Shown here piece after piece: positions 52,304-64,000 of a stretch of 64,000 nucleotides of DNA. The translations under genes were made by a program, and so were the position numbers. Source of the DNA: Malacoraja senta (lineage: Eukaryota); contig JAXLNO010000146.1 in assembly GCA_038087875.1 (NCBI GenBank), forward strand, positions 372,001 through 436,000, given 5' to 3'. How positions within the stretch are numbered: position 1 is the first letter of the stretch; each line of letters starts with the position of its first letter. Below the pieces are notes generated by a model, which saw only the letters and a program-made list of their open reading frames with translations, made no database searches and had not been told where the DNA came from.

Positions 52304-52793
52304 ATGGCGTTGCCAGTGTTCCTACTGCCACTGGCCATGTTGGATGTGACGGTCAGTTGGGTGCAGAGCGGGGCGCTGCGGCTGTGGGGGGTGGGGCCGC
52401 TGTTACAGCTCTGCTGTGGGGGGGGGGTGCATCTGGCTGCGCTGTCCGTCTGCCTGCGGCCGCTGGTCCGTCTGGAGGCAGCCGTCTACCTGAGCCGTGG
52501 CCGGCACTGGCCACCTGCTGCCTGCTGCTACCCACCTACAACAGCCTGGCACTGGCCGCGGGCTCCACCCACACCGAGCTCCTGCACGCCCCCCTCACCA
52601 CCCGCCTGCCCCTCAACTACCTGGTCACCGCCCTGGGGCTGGTGTTGGCCCCACCGCTTCCTGCCCCAGACGGGGGCTCAGACACCGGGCCAAATGCCTG
52701 CCACCGCCTCCGTCTTCAGACTGCTGTCCTGTCTGTGGCCAGATCTCAGACGCTTCCTCCTTGTGTTTGTCTTCGTGGTCCTGTCCTCGGCTG
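52304..52793 (+). pseudogene. TAP1: TAP1-like first coding exon (right arm), with intact donor but a compensating frameshift
   Basis: 490 nt from ATG to a phase-1 donor g|gtgagc after VVLSSA. The middle segment is read in a different frame from the left copy (the homologous frame lies in ORF 52111-52797). Confidence 0.7.
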
Positions 52794-53214
52794 GTGAGCA
52801 TGGAAGGGGGGCGTCGGCATCTGGGGGAGGGGCGTCGGATGGACGGGGTGTCTGCGGGAGGGGGACGTGCGTCTGCGTCTGGAGGAGAGGCACCTGGGTT
52901 GGGGCGTCTATGTCTGGGAGAGGGTCATCTGCGGTAGGAGCGTCTGCAGAAGGGGGCATCTGCGTCTGGGGGAAGTGCGTCTGCTTCAGGAGTAGTGGCA
53001 CCTGAGGGTGGGGGCGTCTACGTTTGGGGTGGGGCGTCTGCGTCTGGAGTAGTGGCATCTGGGTGTGGTCCTATAGGGTTGTGGTTGGGCGGAGGGGGGA
53101 GGTCTGGCGCTGGGGGGGAGGGGGTGAAGGGTGATTCTCTTGGATTGAAGGGGTGAGGGAGGTCGGGTTGTGGGCAGTGAGGGGTGAAGGGTGATTCGAG
53201 TTGTTCCCAGGGGG

Positions 53215-55160
53215 TCTGCAAGAACAACATACTTTTCCGCCCTTATTTCCAAAAACGCTCATAACTCCAAGGTCTTTTTTAGTACCATCACCTCTATCAT
53301 ATGTCCTGCTAAGTGCGAAGAATTTACTACATTTTCACCAGCAAAGATAATAACATCAGAACGAATATTTCCCCTCCCATCCGTGACCTGGCTGTCTCAT
53401 TGGTCTGTTCTTCAAAATTAGACTGTTTCCAACCCGTTACTCTACCCTCCCTTGTAAAACTGATCACCACCATGAAACATACTACCTGCCCCTCGACGTT
53501 GTCCCCTCTGCCCTTCTGAAGGATGTCATTACAATAGCCGGCCCCAGCATCCTCGCCATCTTCAACAGCTCTCTGGCTACTGGCACTGTACCGACCTGCT
53601 TCAAGCATACGGTGGTCCAGCCCCTCCGGAAAAAACCTAACCTCGGCCCCCACCTTGCCCAGCAACTACACACCTATTTCAAAACTGCCTTTCCTTTCAA
53701 AAGTCCTTGAAAAGGTAATTTTAAGTCAACTTATGCCTTAATGTGGGGGGGTAAGGGGGAAACTATTTCTGGGTCCCTACCTGGTCGGTGAGGCAGCTTT
53801 TTCTCCAGGCTGCCTCGTCGACCCGTCCTCGTGGCCTACCAGCGGGCATGGAGCGCCGTTTCCTGACGGGGACCGCCCAGAACCTTCAGCTTCGGTGGCG
53901 GCACAGCGCTGGAGCGCTATCGGGGAGCGTAGCGGGCGATGCCTTGCCTGGGTCGCCGCGCTGGATCGACGCGCTGGAGCTCCGGTATGCGTTGACCGCC
54001 GAGATCAACACCTCCGGGCTGCGGGGCTGCGGAGCGACCAGCCGCGGGCGGCGGCGCCGACTCCAACATCGGGAGCCTCGTGGCTCCAAATCGGCGCGGC
54101 CTTGTCGGCTTCAGGTGCCATCGACTCCGCTGGGAAACCGGCCGTTCCAGCCGCTGCGAGGACTCTCCCGACGGCCAGGAACATCGGGCATCCGTAGAGG
54201 CAACTGTGGAGGCCTCATTGGGCCTGACTCTGGGGAGAACTGGGTTGGGGACTGGACATTGTGCCTTCCCCCACAGTGGTAACCATTGTGGGGGGATGAT
54301 TTTGTGTGCTGTGCCTGTTAGTCTGTGTGCAAGATGGCGGTCGGAGGGGAGAGTGGACGCTGGCGCGAATTGGTCGCCGCTGCTCTCTCCTCAAATTGTG
54401 TTTCTTATTTTCTTTTTGTGCTTTTGAAATTGAATTCTGTCCTTGATTTGTGTACTGTGGTGTTTTTATATTTAATTTATTCCGATTATGTGTTTTGTAT
54501 TTTTGTGATTCTATGCCTTGTCAAGGTGTCCTTGGGTTCTAGAAAGGCGCCAGTAAATAAAATGAATTATTATTATTATTACCTTCACGAAAATACTATA
54601 TTGGAAACTTTCCAATCAGGTTTCAGGGCTCACCATAGCACAGAGTCTACCTTGTTGAAGGTACACAATGATCCACTGCTCACCGTTGACTCCGGCGACT
54701 GTGCAATCCTGCTCCTTCTTGACCTCAGCGCAGCATTTGATACAGTCGACCACACCATCCTAATTGACCGTCTCCGGTACGGGGTTGGTATTGATGGCAC
54801 TGCCCTGAACTGGTTCATCTCTTAAATCAAAGGTAGTAGTTTCTCTACTATAATAGGTAACTCTTTCTCCTCCCCAGCTAGCCTCTGCTGCGGGCTTCCA
54901 CAAGGTTCCATCCTTGGCCCCATTCTCTTCTCCCTGTATATGCTCCCCTTAGGCCAAGTCATTCAAAGGCACGGCATTTCCTTCCGTTGCTACGCAGACG
55001 ACACACAACTCTATCTCCCCCTGAAACCTCCAAAACAATCAAATCTACTTAATCTTATCCACTGCCTCGATGATATAAAGTGTTGGATCGCCCAGAACTT
55101 CCCCCAACTAAACGAGAGTAAGTCTGAGGTCATCCTCCTCGGCCCCTCGGACTCACTTGC
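53215..55160 (+). mobile_element. L2 RT fragment (right arm), split by an insertion
   Basis: FQSGFRAHHSTES, LLDLSAAFDTVDH and CYADDTQLY motifs. Confidence 0.85.
53739..54580 (+). mobile_element. GC-rich SINE-like element with an L2-type tail, present only in the right arm
   Basis: Core similar to the reverse complements of 5711-5810 and 5180-5240. It ends gtgtccttggg...aaggcgcc..aataaaatg followed by (att)n. The empty site is near 46688. Confidence 0.75.
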
Positions 55161-56769
55161 TAGTGGGCACAGACCCAGAACCGCAGACACCCGCACGATC
55201 CCCAGACAACCGGACACCCGTCCCCCCCGGTCACCCGGCAACCAGACAATCGGCAACCAGACACCCAGACATCCGGCAACTGGACCCCTGACCCCCCGGG
55301 AACCACCCGACAACTTGACATCCGTCTCCCCCGGCAACCACCTGACAACCAGAAACCTGTGCCCCCCGGCAACAGGAAACCCGCCCCCCGCTCGGCAACC
55401 ACGCGGAAAACAGACACCCCCCCCCCCCGCGGCTCCCGCTGTCTCTGCTCCGTTAACGCGCCTCCAGCCGTGTGGGTGACACTGAGCTGCCCCGTGTGCC
55501 CCGGATTATACAGACGGCGGTGTTTAGTGAATATAGTGTTGGCGTTTCCACTTCAACGTCTGCGACCATTGACGCTCCCGGCGCACGTTCACCCCGGGAA
55601 CCCTCCCGGTGCTCGGACCCGATAGATTGTCCGCCGCACAAACTGCACTGAGCCGCCGGGAGATTGTTGAAGTGGGTGAAATGGCTTGGAGAGCGGCGGG
55701 GAATCGCGCCAAACTACCCCCCAGACCGACCGACGGGACTGGGTCTGTGAGCCGTCCAACCGTGGGCGCGGGGGCGGGCGGGGAGCGGTGGAAGCCGAGG
55801 CTGACCGTCGGTGCCTGTGCAGCGGGATCATCGCCTGATGGACACGGGAGCAGACCCGGCGCCCGTTAATCCCGGGAACCGTCCGGGAACTGCAGGAGCG
55901 GAGTAATTGTCAGTCACACAACCTCACGGTGACCCGCCGGGGATTGTAACGTCCATGGAGGTGATCGCGAGGAATAGATCGGGGAGACGCACCGAGTCTC
56001 TGGTCCTGAGTAGGGGGAATGGAGAAACAGAGGGAAGAGGTTTACGGTGAGGGGAGTGGTGGGGGGGGGGAGAGTTAATAGGAACCTGAGGGGTAATTTT
56101 TTCACACTAAAGGTGGTGGGTGTATGGACCAATCTGTCAGGGGAGGTAGTTGAGGCAGGGACTATCTCAACATTTATGAAACTGTTACACAGGTACATGG
56201 ACATGTCGGGTTAGCGGGGTTAGTGCCAAAGGCAGGCAGGTGGGACATGATCCCAGCACCGGCTTTTTCCGGGAAAGCTTCATTTGCCGGTTTATCGCGG
56301 GATAATCCCGGCATGTTGGTCGGTGTGGGCAAGTTGGGCCGAAGGGCCTTTCCCCCGCCATTTCATGAGATCCCAATTTCCCGCTGTTCACTACAAGGTT
56401 GTGTGACCGACCAGTCCTGTAGCGCAGTGGGCATTATCGGGATAAACCTCACCAAACAACTGGAGCTGTCAGCGGCGACGGCGGGTCCCGAGCCGAGCAC
56501 AGACAGACCGTGGGGACGTCTGGGAGCACAGTCTGATCTCCGGTGCGGTGGCGGACGCCGGTCTGGCCGGCTGGAACGTGTCGCAGCCCAGACTGACCGC
56601 CGGGACCACACGCCGCTCGCACCCCCACCCTGGCCGGACCTACACCGACCGGAACCGTCTCCATCTTTGCCCCGTCCCGACGGCCAGTCTGTGCTGTGAC
56701 CGCGTCCCGACGGCCAGTCTGAACCCCCAGCCCGCCTGGACCCTCTGCTGCGCTGGGTCTGTGCAGCGG

Positions 56770-58032
56770 TCCTGAGCCTCCCGAGCGAGGAGGGCGGTCA
56801 GTCGCTGGTCTACATCCGCACCCAGCTGGCGGCTCTCCGCCTCAGGTCCCTGCAGATATACCTGTACTCAGGGGCATCCTCCCAGGCGGCTCGTGTTGGC
56901 CACGCACTCTTTCCAACAGGGCCGCTACCGTCAAGGAGGTACGCGGATACCGATGGTGGGCATCAGCCGTGCTGTCCAGCAGAGGATGCGTGGCTTCTAC
57001 CGGGACCTGCTGAGAGTCTGGAACCTGGTTGCCGTCGACCGGGGCCCCCCTCCGCCGGCGGAAGGCAACGGCCCGGTCGTAAGAGCGGCCAGCCCTTGTC
57101 CCGCCCCAGCGGGTGTCGGGGAGACGCGAACGTGTGGAGTACTTGCGGCTGAGAAAGCCCCCGCTCAGCTGGAAGTACTGGTCGGACCCAGGCGCCGTAA
57201 ACATTCTCGGGAACCGGTCCCGCACAACATGAGCCGCCTTTCATCAACGCCCTTCATCTCCCTCCGATACGCAGGGAGGCGTCTCCTATACGCCCCCCCC
57301 CTCCACACCCTGCACTGGTCCATTGTCCAGACACACAGTGGCGGTCGGTGTTGCCTTTTAGTCACGAGAGGGGGTCCCTCTACACAGCGATTCTCCCCTC
57401 TACTTCGGGGACCTGGGGTGGCGGGTGCTGCACCGAGGATTCCCCTGCAACCTGTTTCTCTCGCGGTTCACAGACTCGCCAGCCGCCTGCCAGTGTTGCG
57501 GGCTGGAAGAGTCTGTGTTCCACGTGTATGTGGAGTGTGTGAGGTTGAGGCCCTTGTTCCAATATCTAAAGAGGCTGCTCCTTGCCTTCTGGCTGAACTT
57601 CTCACCCAACTTCCTCATCTTTGGACATCCTGTGCGTAGGGGAGAGGGTAGGGCTGAAGATGTCCTGGTTGGGTTGCTCTGAGCCCTAGCCAAGCTGGCC
57701 ATCCACGAGTCACGGCGCCAGGCGGAAGAGGGCTCTGCCGGAGCCGGCTGCCTGCCGCTATTCCGGGGTTACGTCCGCGCCCCGGTGGTACTTGAGATGG
57801 ACCGCGCGCTGTCCACGGGCTCCCTGGGGATTTCCGGGACCGCTGGGCACCGCGTGGGGTGGAAGTCATCCTCGATGGGGTTTGTAATATAGTTGTAAAG
57901 GAGTTTACTTCGGATATTTGTTTGACGTGTATTATGGTGGTGGGTTTTGTTTCGTTTTATATTGTACTGCAAATATTATTTTTAATAATGGATTAAATTA
58001 TTTTTGGTTATAAAGAAAAAGGAAAAAAAAGA
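56770..58032 (+). mobile_element. Tx1/L1-type LINE 3' fragment (right arm)
   Basis: CQCCGLEESVFHVYVEC motif and A-rich tail at 58010-58032. Confidence 0.85.
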
Positions 58033-58034
58033 AG

Positions 58035-59680
58035 GGGACTCGCGTCGGTGCGCAGGATTCTCAGGGGGTTGTTGTAGAGGGGGGGGGTCTAGTCAGCTGG
58101 CTGAGTTGGTGGCCGTTACTCTGCCCGTTAAACACGCGGCGGGACCGGTATGGATTTACACAGATTTATGGGCAGTGGTGAATCGGATAGCTGTCTGGAT
58201 GCCCCGCTGGCAAAGCCGGAATTGGAAAATACACGGCCGCCCCCGATGGGGTCGCCCCTACTGGGAGCATATACGGGAACAGGCTCGCCACCGCCTGATT
58301 ACGGTCTAGCTCGTAGATGCTCACACTGCACGGGACTGAGGAGGCAATACATAATGCTGCTGTCGATAGGGCAGTCCAAATGTGTACGAAAGAACTGCAG
58401 ATGCTGGCAAAATGAAGGTCGACACAACATGCTGGAGTAACTCAGCGGGTGAGGCATCATCTATGGAGGGAAGGCATGGGTGACGTTTCGGGTCGAGACA
58501 CTTCTTCATACTGATGTCAGGGGAAGGGAGGCGGGACGAAGATAGAATGTAGTCGGAGACAGAATGTAGTCGGGTGTGAATTACCCAAGCGAAATATGAG
58601 GTGCTGTTCCTCCAATTTGTGCTGGGCCTCACTCTGACAATGGAGGAGGCCCAGGACAGAAAGGTCAGATTGGGAATGTGGGCGCGAGTTGAAGTGTTGG
58701 TCCACCGGCACATATTATGCGCATCACGGAGCAGCCCGTCGATGAAAGATGGGCGCATCAGAAGAGCGGGCATCTAGGGGTGGATGGGGCTAGGAAATGG
58801 GCTGAAGCACGAGAGGTGGCACTAACGCATGATGAAGCGAAAACGGTGGTTACTAACTGCAAGGTTTGCCAACGCATAAACCCCCGAGGATGCCTAATAG
58901 GTCCATCAGGTCAAATTAGGCGTGGCACCGGGGCGGCCAAATTTGGCAGATTGATTATACCGGGCCACAACCACTATAAAATAAGAAAAGATATGTCTTA
59001 ACCATGGTGGATCCTCTTGAGGAATATTGATGGTGTACCCCTGCAGCCACGCCGATCAGGACAGCACAGTAAAAGGATTGCAGCAACTGTCCTCTGTGTA
59101 TAGCATCCCATGGGAAATACAGTCGGTCAACGGCTCCCACTTTGCGGGATCCCGTGTCCAGGAATGTGCTGTGGAATCTGGCATTGTATGGGTTTTCCAC
59201 ATCCCGTACTACCCACAGGCTGCCGGACTTATTTAACGCATGAATGGACGACTGAAGCAGCCAATCAAGTTGCTGACAGCGCTGCGCGCCCTCCAGTGGT
59301 GGTTGGGAGTCCTGCAACCAGCCGTGAGCAAACTGAACTCACGGCTGTTGAGCCAATGAGGATCACCTATGTCGCGGCACTTGGCAGTGTCGGACCCTCC
59401 AAAGACTCAGGAAGTGGAATTGGTGGAGGAAGAATCAGGAAAGGGCTGGGTACAATATTTAAAAATGCCGCCGGAAAAAGGGGAGATTGTGGCGCGCGGA
59501 CCGGGTAATAGGCGATGGGTAGCGTTGCCGGGGGGAACAGCGGATGGTATGTTTAAACACCCAGAGGCTAACTAAAAGAGAGAGGGTGTGCTTCCCCCCC
59601 ATTACAAGGCAACAACTGACCGATACGCTGCAGGCCCACGTTCTCATGGAGGAGTATCACCAGGACTGAACGGTCCGGCA
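58035..59680 (+). mobile_element. ERV pol 3' part (RNase H and integrase) with an antisense Penelope insert at about 58382-58720
   Basis: GSSQLAELVAV, IYTDLWAV, HQKSGHLG...CKVC, IQSVNGSHF and HIPYYPQAAGLI motifs. Confidence 0.85.
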
Positions 59681-59719
59681 CCAGGTACCAGTGGAACACC
59701 CACGACCCAAGTACCTTGG

Positions 59720-60800
59720 ACCCAAGGATATCGGGCCCATCACTATTGTATTGGGCGGTGTGATTGTCGGGAAGGACATGGGTGAATTATTGTTGGTTTA
59801 CTGTTGCTTGCCTGCTTGTGGTGTTCGGAGGGAAGGTGGTGACAGCTCGGCCTACATTCATGAATCTCCTGTTCCAAACTCGTTTCTCAACCTCAGCTAT
59901 AAATTCGCCCAACGGCTCAATGTCGCAGCGTGCTGGGTGTGTACACGCATCCAGTACCACAGTGGGGACATCCCATTGTGGGCAGCCTCCTTAAATCATA
60001 GCGAACAATTGTCCGCATGGTCTTTTTGTAGCGAGACCAGGAGTGGTGCGGCTAAGAACTGCGACCAAACCACCCTTCATTGCCAGTGCCACTGCTTTGA
60101 CGGGTTGTACATTCCGCCACTCAACGACATTCGGGTGGGAAGGAAGCTCCACTTCCGCCTAACTGGGGCCTACGAGTCCAGCAATAGTCCCTGCCATTGT
60201 AACTTTGAGGGGTCGGGCCCTTCCCTGGGTAATAGTTCCTGTACGACATACACCTGGCGGCTCCCCCACGCCCGGTTAATGGAACCTACTGGGTGTGTGG
60301 CCTGTGGGCCTACTGCTGCTCCCGGGAATGCCAGGGGTGCACTTCGGGACATGGGAGAGACCAATGCCCTGGACGGGCTGCTGTTACCCTGGCATATGCG
60401 GTACCCCACCTGAGACACTTGCCATCCTTACCCTCATACCCCCGGCAATGACATGTAAAACGGGCTATTATGGAGCAGAGTGGTTCTGGCCTATTGCATT
60501 TCCCTCCTATGGTACTGAGAAGCTGGCACGGGAAATGATTAACATGGCCTCAGCCATGGAAGAAATAGCCAATGAGACGGCAGACACCCTGAGTGGGGTA
60601 AAAGAGGTCATCACAGACCGCTGTACTTATTTTCCAGGTGAATCCGGGAACATCACCAACCTCGCTGACCACACCCAGGAAGCCGTGGATACGATTGGAA
60701 GGGTCGGACAACAGTACCACGACTACAACCTCCCGGGAGGACAGCGGCCTTTCGGGATGTTTGGAGGATGGTGGACAACAGTGGCACATTGAAAACTGAC
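59720..60800 (+). pseudogene. ERV env, frameshifted (right arm)
   Basis: PNSFLNLSYKFAQRLNVAACWVC and IAFPSYGTEKLAREMINMASAMEEIANET motifs. Confidence 0.85.
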
Positions 60801-60929
60801 CATTTGGACATTCTTGTTGGCCATAATATGACTGCGTTGTGTGTGTGGATTGGCATGACGACCGCGTGGCCTTTACTACAGCCTGTGGGCCGGATGTGGC
60901 GGTAAGCAGCCTGTTCCGGGGGGGGGGGA

Positions 60930-61934
60930 CGTTATGCGAGAATTTTGCCCGAACAGTCTGTGACCCTATAGCATGTGGCCATAACGCTATGTTTAAAGCC
61001 CATTTTTTTGTCGCAAAAAATAATTTATTTAATTTCAACACGAGACAAAAACCCAAAAAACAAAACCGTGGTGACATACTCACCATCAGCTTACAAAATC
61101 ATCAAACAGCTATTTAACAAATATTCTATTAACTATTACACAACCCCGGTAAAGGGGCAAACATCTGGCTCGGGCGAAACCCCATTCCGTCTGGCGCCGT
61201 GACTCGCGGATGGCCAGCTTGGCCATGGTTAAACCCCATAGCCCTGTGGTTAAAGCGCATCGTTTAAAACCCCACGCATTCTGACAGCGCTCTGTTTAAA
61301 CCTTTCGCGTCAAGTCTGCAGCACTGTATGCATTGCTTTACGCGCCAAGTCTGCAGCTGATAGCACTTTGTTTCCGGGGGGGGGGGGGGGGGGGGGGGCA
61401 TGCGGTTCTGTCGGCCTACGGTGCGAATACTTCAGCTGATAGTTCTGTGATGATCTCTTTTATCTCTTTTACCCCACTCAGGGTGTCTGCCGTCCCATTG
61501 GCGATTTCTTCCATGGCTGAAGCCATGTTAATTATTTCCCGTGCCAGCTTCGCAGTACCATAGGAGGGAAATGCAATAGCACAGAACCAATCGGTCTCCG
61601 TAATAGCCCGTTTTACATGCCTTTTGGTTGTAATTTGAATTTGGGAGCAGCGCTATTGACGACTGGTTTCTGCCTGTATAAAGGCAGTCGCTGGGAAGCC
61701 ATAAGGTCGTTATTGACGAGAGGGGTTCACTGACGGGCTGGGTTGCGATCAGCGCCGCGGACGGAGGCACAGAGAGGGGGAGGTGTGCTGCTGTAAGACG
61801 GACCCGGCGCATACCGAGATAAGTATTGTTTTTGTTCTATCTCCTGCCAATAAACCTGATTTGTAACTGACCGGACGAGTGTGCCTTTTTTGTTGTTCTA
61901 CTAGTCAGATCCTTGAACGTGTTCCCTTGTAACA
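60930..61934 (+). mobile_element. ERV 3' LTR with antisense insert (right arm)
   Basis: Poly-G PPT at 60918-60928, tataaa at 61677, aataaa at 61848, ending tgtaaca. Confidence 0.75.
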
Positions 61935-63545
61935 TCTCCCCATTTGGAAAATAATCTCCGCCTTTATTCCTACCACCAAAATGAATGACTCCACACTTTG
62001 CTACACTATATTCCATCTGCCACTTCTCTGCCCACTGTGCGGGTCCTTCTGCGGAGTCCCTGCTTTCTCTATATTACCTGCCCCCTCCACCTATTTTCGC
62101 ATTATCCGCAACGCCTTCATTTCGTCGTCCACATCATTGTAATACAACGTGAAGTAGCGGCCCTAGTACCGACCCTTGCGGAACTCCACTAGTCACTGCA
62201 GCCAACCAGATAAAGCCCCATTTATTGCCACTCTCTGCCTTCTGTCATCCAGCCAACCTGCCATCCATGCTAATATCTGCCCTTTGATACCATGGGTTCT
62301 CATCTTCCACAGCAGTCTAAGGTGTAGCAACTTATCAAAGACTTTCTGAAAATCTAGGTAAAAAACATTTACTGACTGTCTTTTGTCCTGCTATTTCCTT
62401 CTTCAAAGAATTCCAGCAAATTTGTCACAAAGCCATGCTGACTTCGGGCTATTTGATCATGAACTTCTAGGTACTCTGTAACCTCATCCTTTATATGGAT
62501 TCTAAAATCTTAACCAACCACTGAAGTCAGACTAACCGGCCGACAGTTCCCACTATTCTGCATTGCTCCCTTCTTGTGCAGCGGGGTAATATCGGCAATT
62601 TTCCAATCATCTGGAACCACTCCTGGCTCCAGCGATTCTTGAAATATCACTATCCATGCCTCCACAATCGTTAAAGCCACCTCTTTCAGAACCTTAGGGT
62701 GCAGTCCATCTGGTCCAGTTTACATCCACCTTCAGCCATTTCAGCTTCCCAAGTACCACCTCCCCAGTAATAGCCAGTCCACCGACTTCCACCCCCTGAC
62801 TCCCATGAATTTCGGGCAAGTTTCAGGTGTTTTCCACTGTGAAGACTGCGAAAATGTTATTCATCTCCTCTGCCATTTCTTTATTCCCCATTATCACTTT
62901 TCCTGCATAATTTCCCAGCGGTTCAACCTCTTTCTTACACTTTATGTAACCGAAGAAGCACTTGCTATCCTATTTTATATTATTGGCTAGCTTACCTTCG
63001 TATTTCATCTTTTCTCCCTGTATTGCCTTTAGAGTTAACTTCTATTGCTCTTGAAAAGCTATCCAATCCTCGGGCTTCCGGCTAATCATTGCTATGTTAT
63101 ACACCTTCTCTTTTAGTTTTCTACTGCCCTTAACTTCCCTTGTCAGCCACTGTCGTCTCTTTCTCCCCCGAGAATCTTTCTTCTTCGTCGGAATAAAAAG
63201 ATCCGGCATTACCGGATTATTCCCAGAAATTCCTGCCATTGCTGTTCCACGGTCATCCCTGGTAGGGTCCCTATCAGTCAACTTTGGCTAGCTCCTCCCT
63301 CATGCCTCTGTAGTCCCCTTTGCCCAGACGCAATACCGACACATCCGATATCACATTATCCTTCTCAAATTGCAGATTAAAACTTATCATATTGTGGTCG
63401 CTACCTCCTAATGGTTTCTTTACCTTGGGTTTCTTTATCAAATTCGGTTCATTACACACCACTAAATCCAGAATGGTCTTGTCCCAGGTAGGTTTAGAGC
63501 AAGCTGCTCTAAGCATCCATCTCGGAGGCACTCCACCAATCTCGG
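61935..63545 (-). mobile_element. CR1 ORF2 fragment (right arm)
   Basis: Mirror of 37976-39347 plus about 275 extra nt at 62194-62468. Confidence 0.8.
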
Positions 63546-64000
63546 TTCCACGGAGATCCCCTCCGAAGCGACGTGCTGAAAACGCATTGTCGCAATCGGC
63601 GGGTCGAATTTGCCACCTGTGGCCGGGAATCTGGAACTCCGGTCCACACAGTTCAGGCGGATGCATCCCCATAGCTGACTTCCGAGGCCGAATTTGCGGG
63701 CATGTGTCTCGGCTCCGCGGCGGATAAGGATCGCCATTCGATCGGCGCGGTAATCCGCGTCGGACAGCGGGGTCGCCGTGCGCTCGCAGCCTATCGCGAT
63801 TTAGACACATTCTCGGAAGCTGTACACATACATACACGTTCGGTCACCAGTTGACGTGTCGTGAACCGAACATAGCGCCGCCGACTCTTCGGGTGTCTCC
63901 GAACACCGTGCTTCACCGCCGAGTACTTCACCGACGCCCCGTGCGGAAAACGCGATGTTGTAATCGGCGGGTCGAATCTGTCTCATGCAGTCGGGTCTCA
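63546..64000. repeat. CpG-rich repeat of about 370 bp (mirror copy)
   Basis: Reverse complement of 37530-37975. Confidence 0.85.

Larger units (their letters stand above)
50620..64000. repeat. Right arm of large inverted duplication (runs off the window)
   Basis: Reverse complement of 37530-50225 with substitutions and arm-specific indels. Confidence 0.95.

Overview
Repeat-dense vertebrate genomic DNA, most consistent with a cartilaginous fish such as a skate or ray (HE1-like tRNA SINEs, CR1, Rex/Babar, L2, L1, Tx1 and Penelope relics, and a GPR139-like GPCR). One apparently intact gene is present: a two-exon class A GPCR on the minus strand (exon 1 10832-10901, exon 2 6971-7917, 338 aa). 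Positions 12-34 kb hold nested elements: several non-autonomous Helitrons each with a different internal minisatellite, Harbinger-type MITEs, a Penelope element with a hammerhead-ribozyme motif, a decayed retroviral env split by insertions, and a CR1 whose two halves are inverted relative to each other. From about 37.5 kb to the end, the window is a large diverged inverted duplication centred on a 200-N scaffold gap. Each arm carries an orphan TAP1-like exon 1, L2 and Tx1 fragments, and a defective class III-like endogenous retrovirus (RNase H, integrase, env, 3' LTR). The LTR contains an antisense chimeric insert made of a piece of the same virus's env, including ISD-like sequence missing from the env itself, fused to a Tx1-like poly(A) tail. 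All calls were made by eye without database searches, and most repeat boundaries are approximate.
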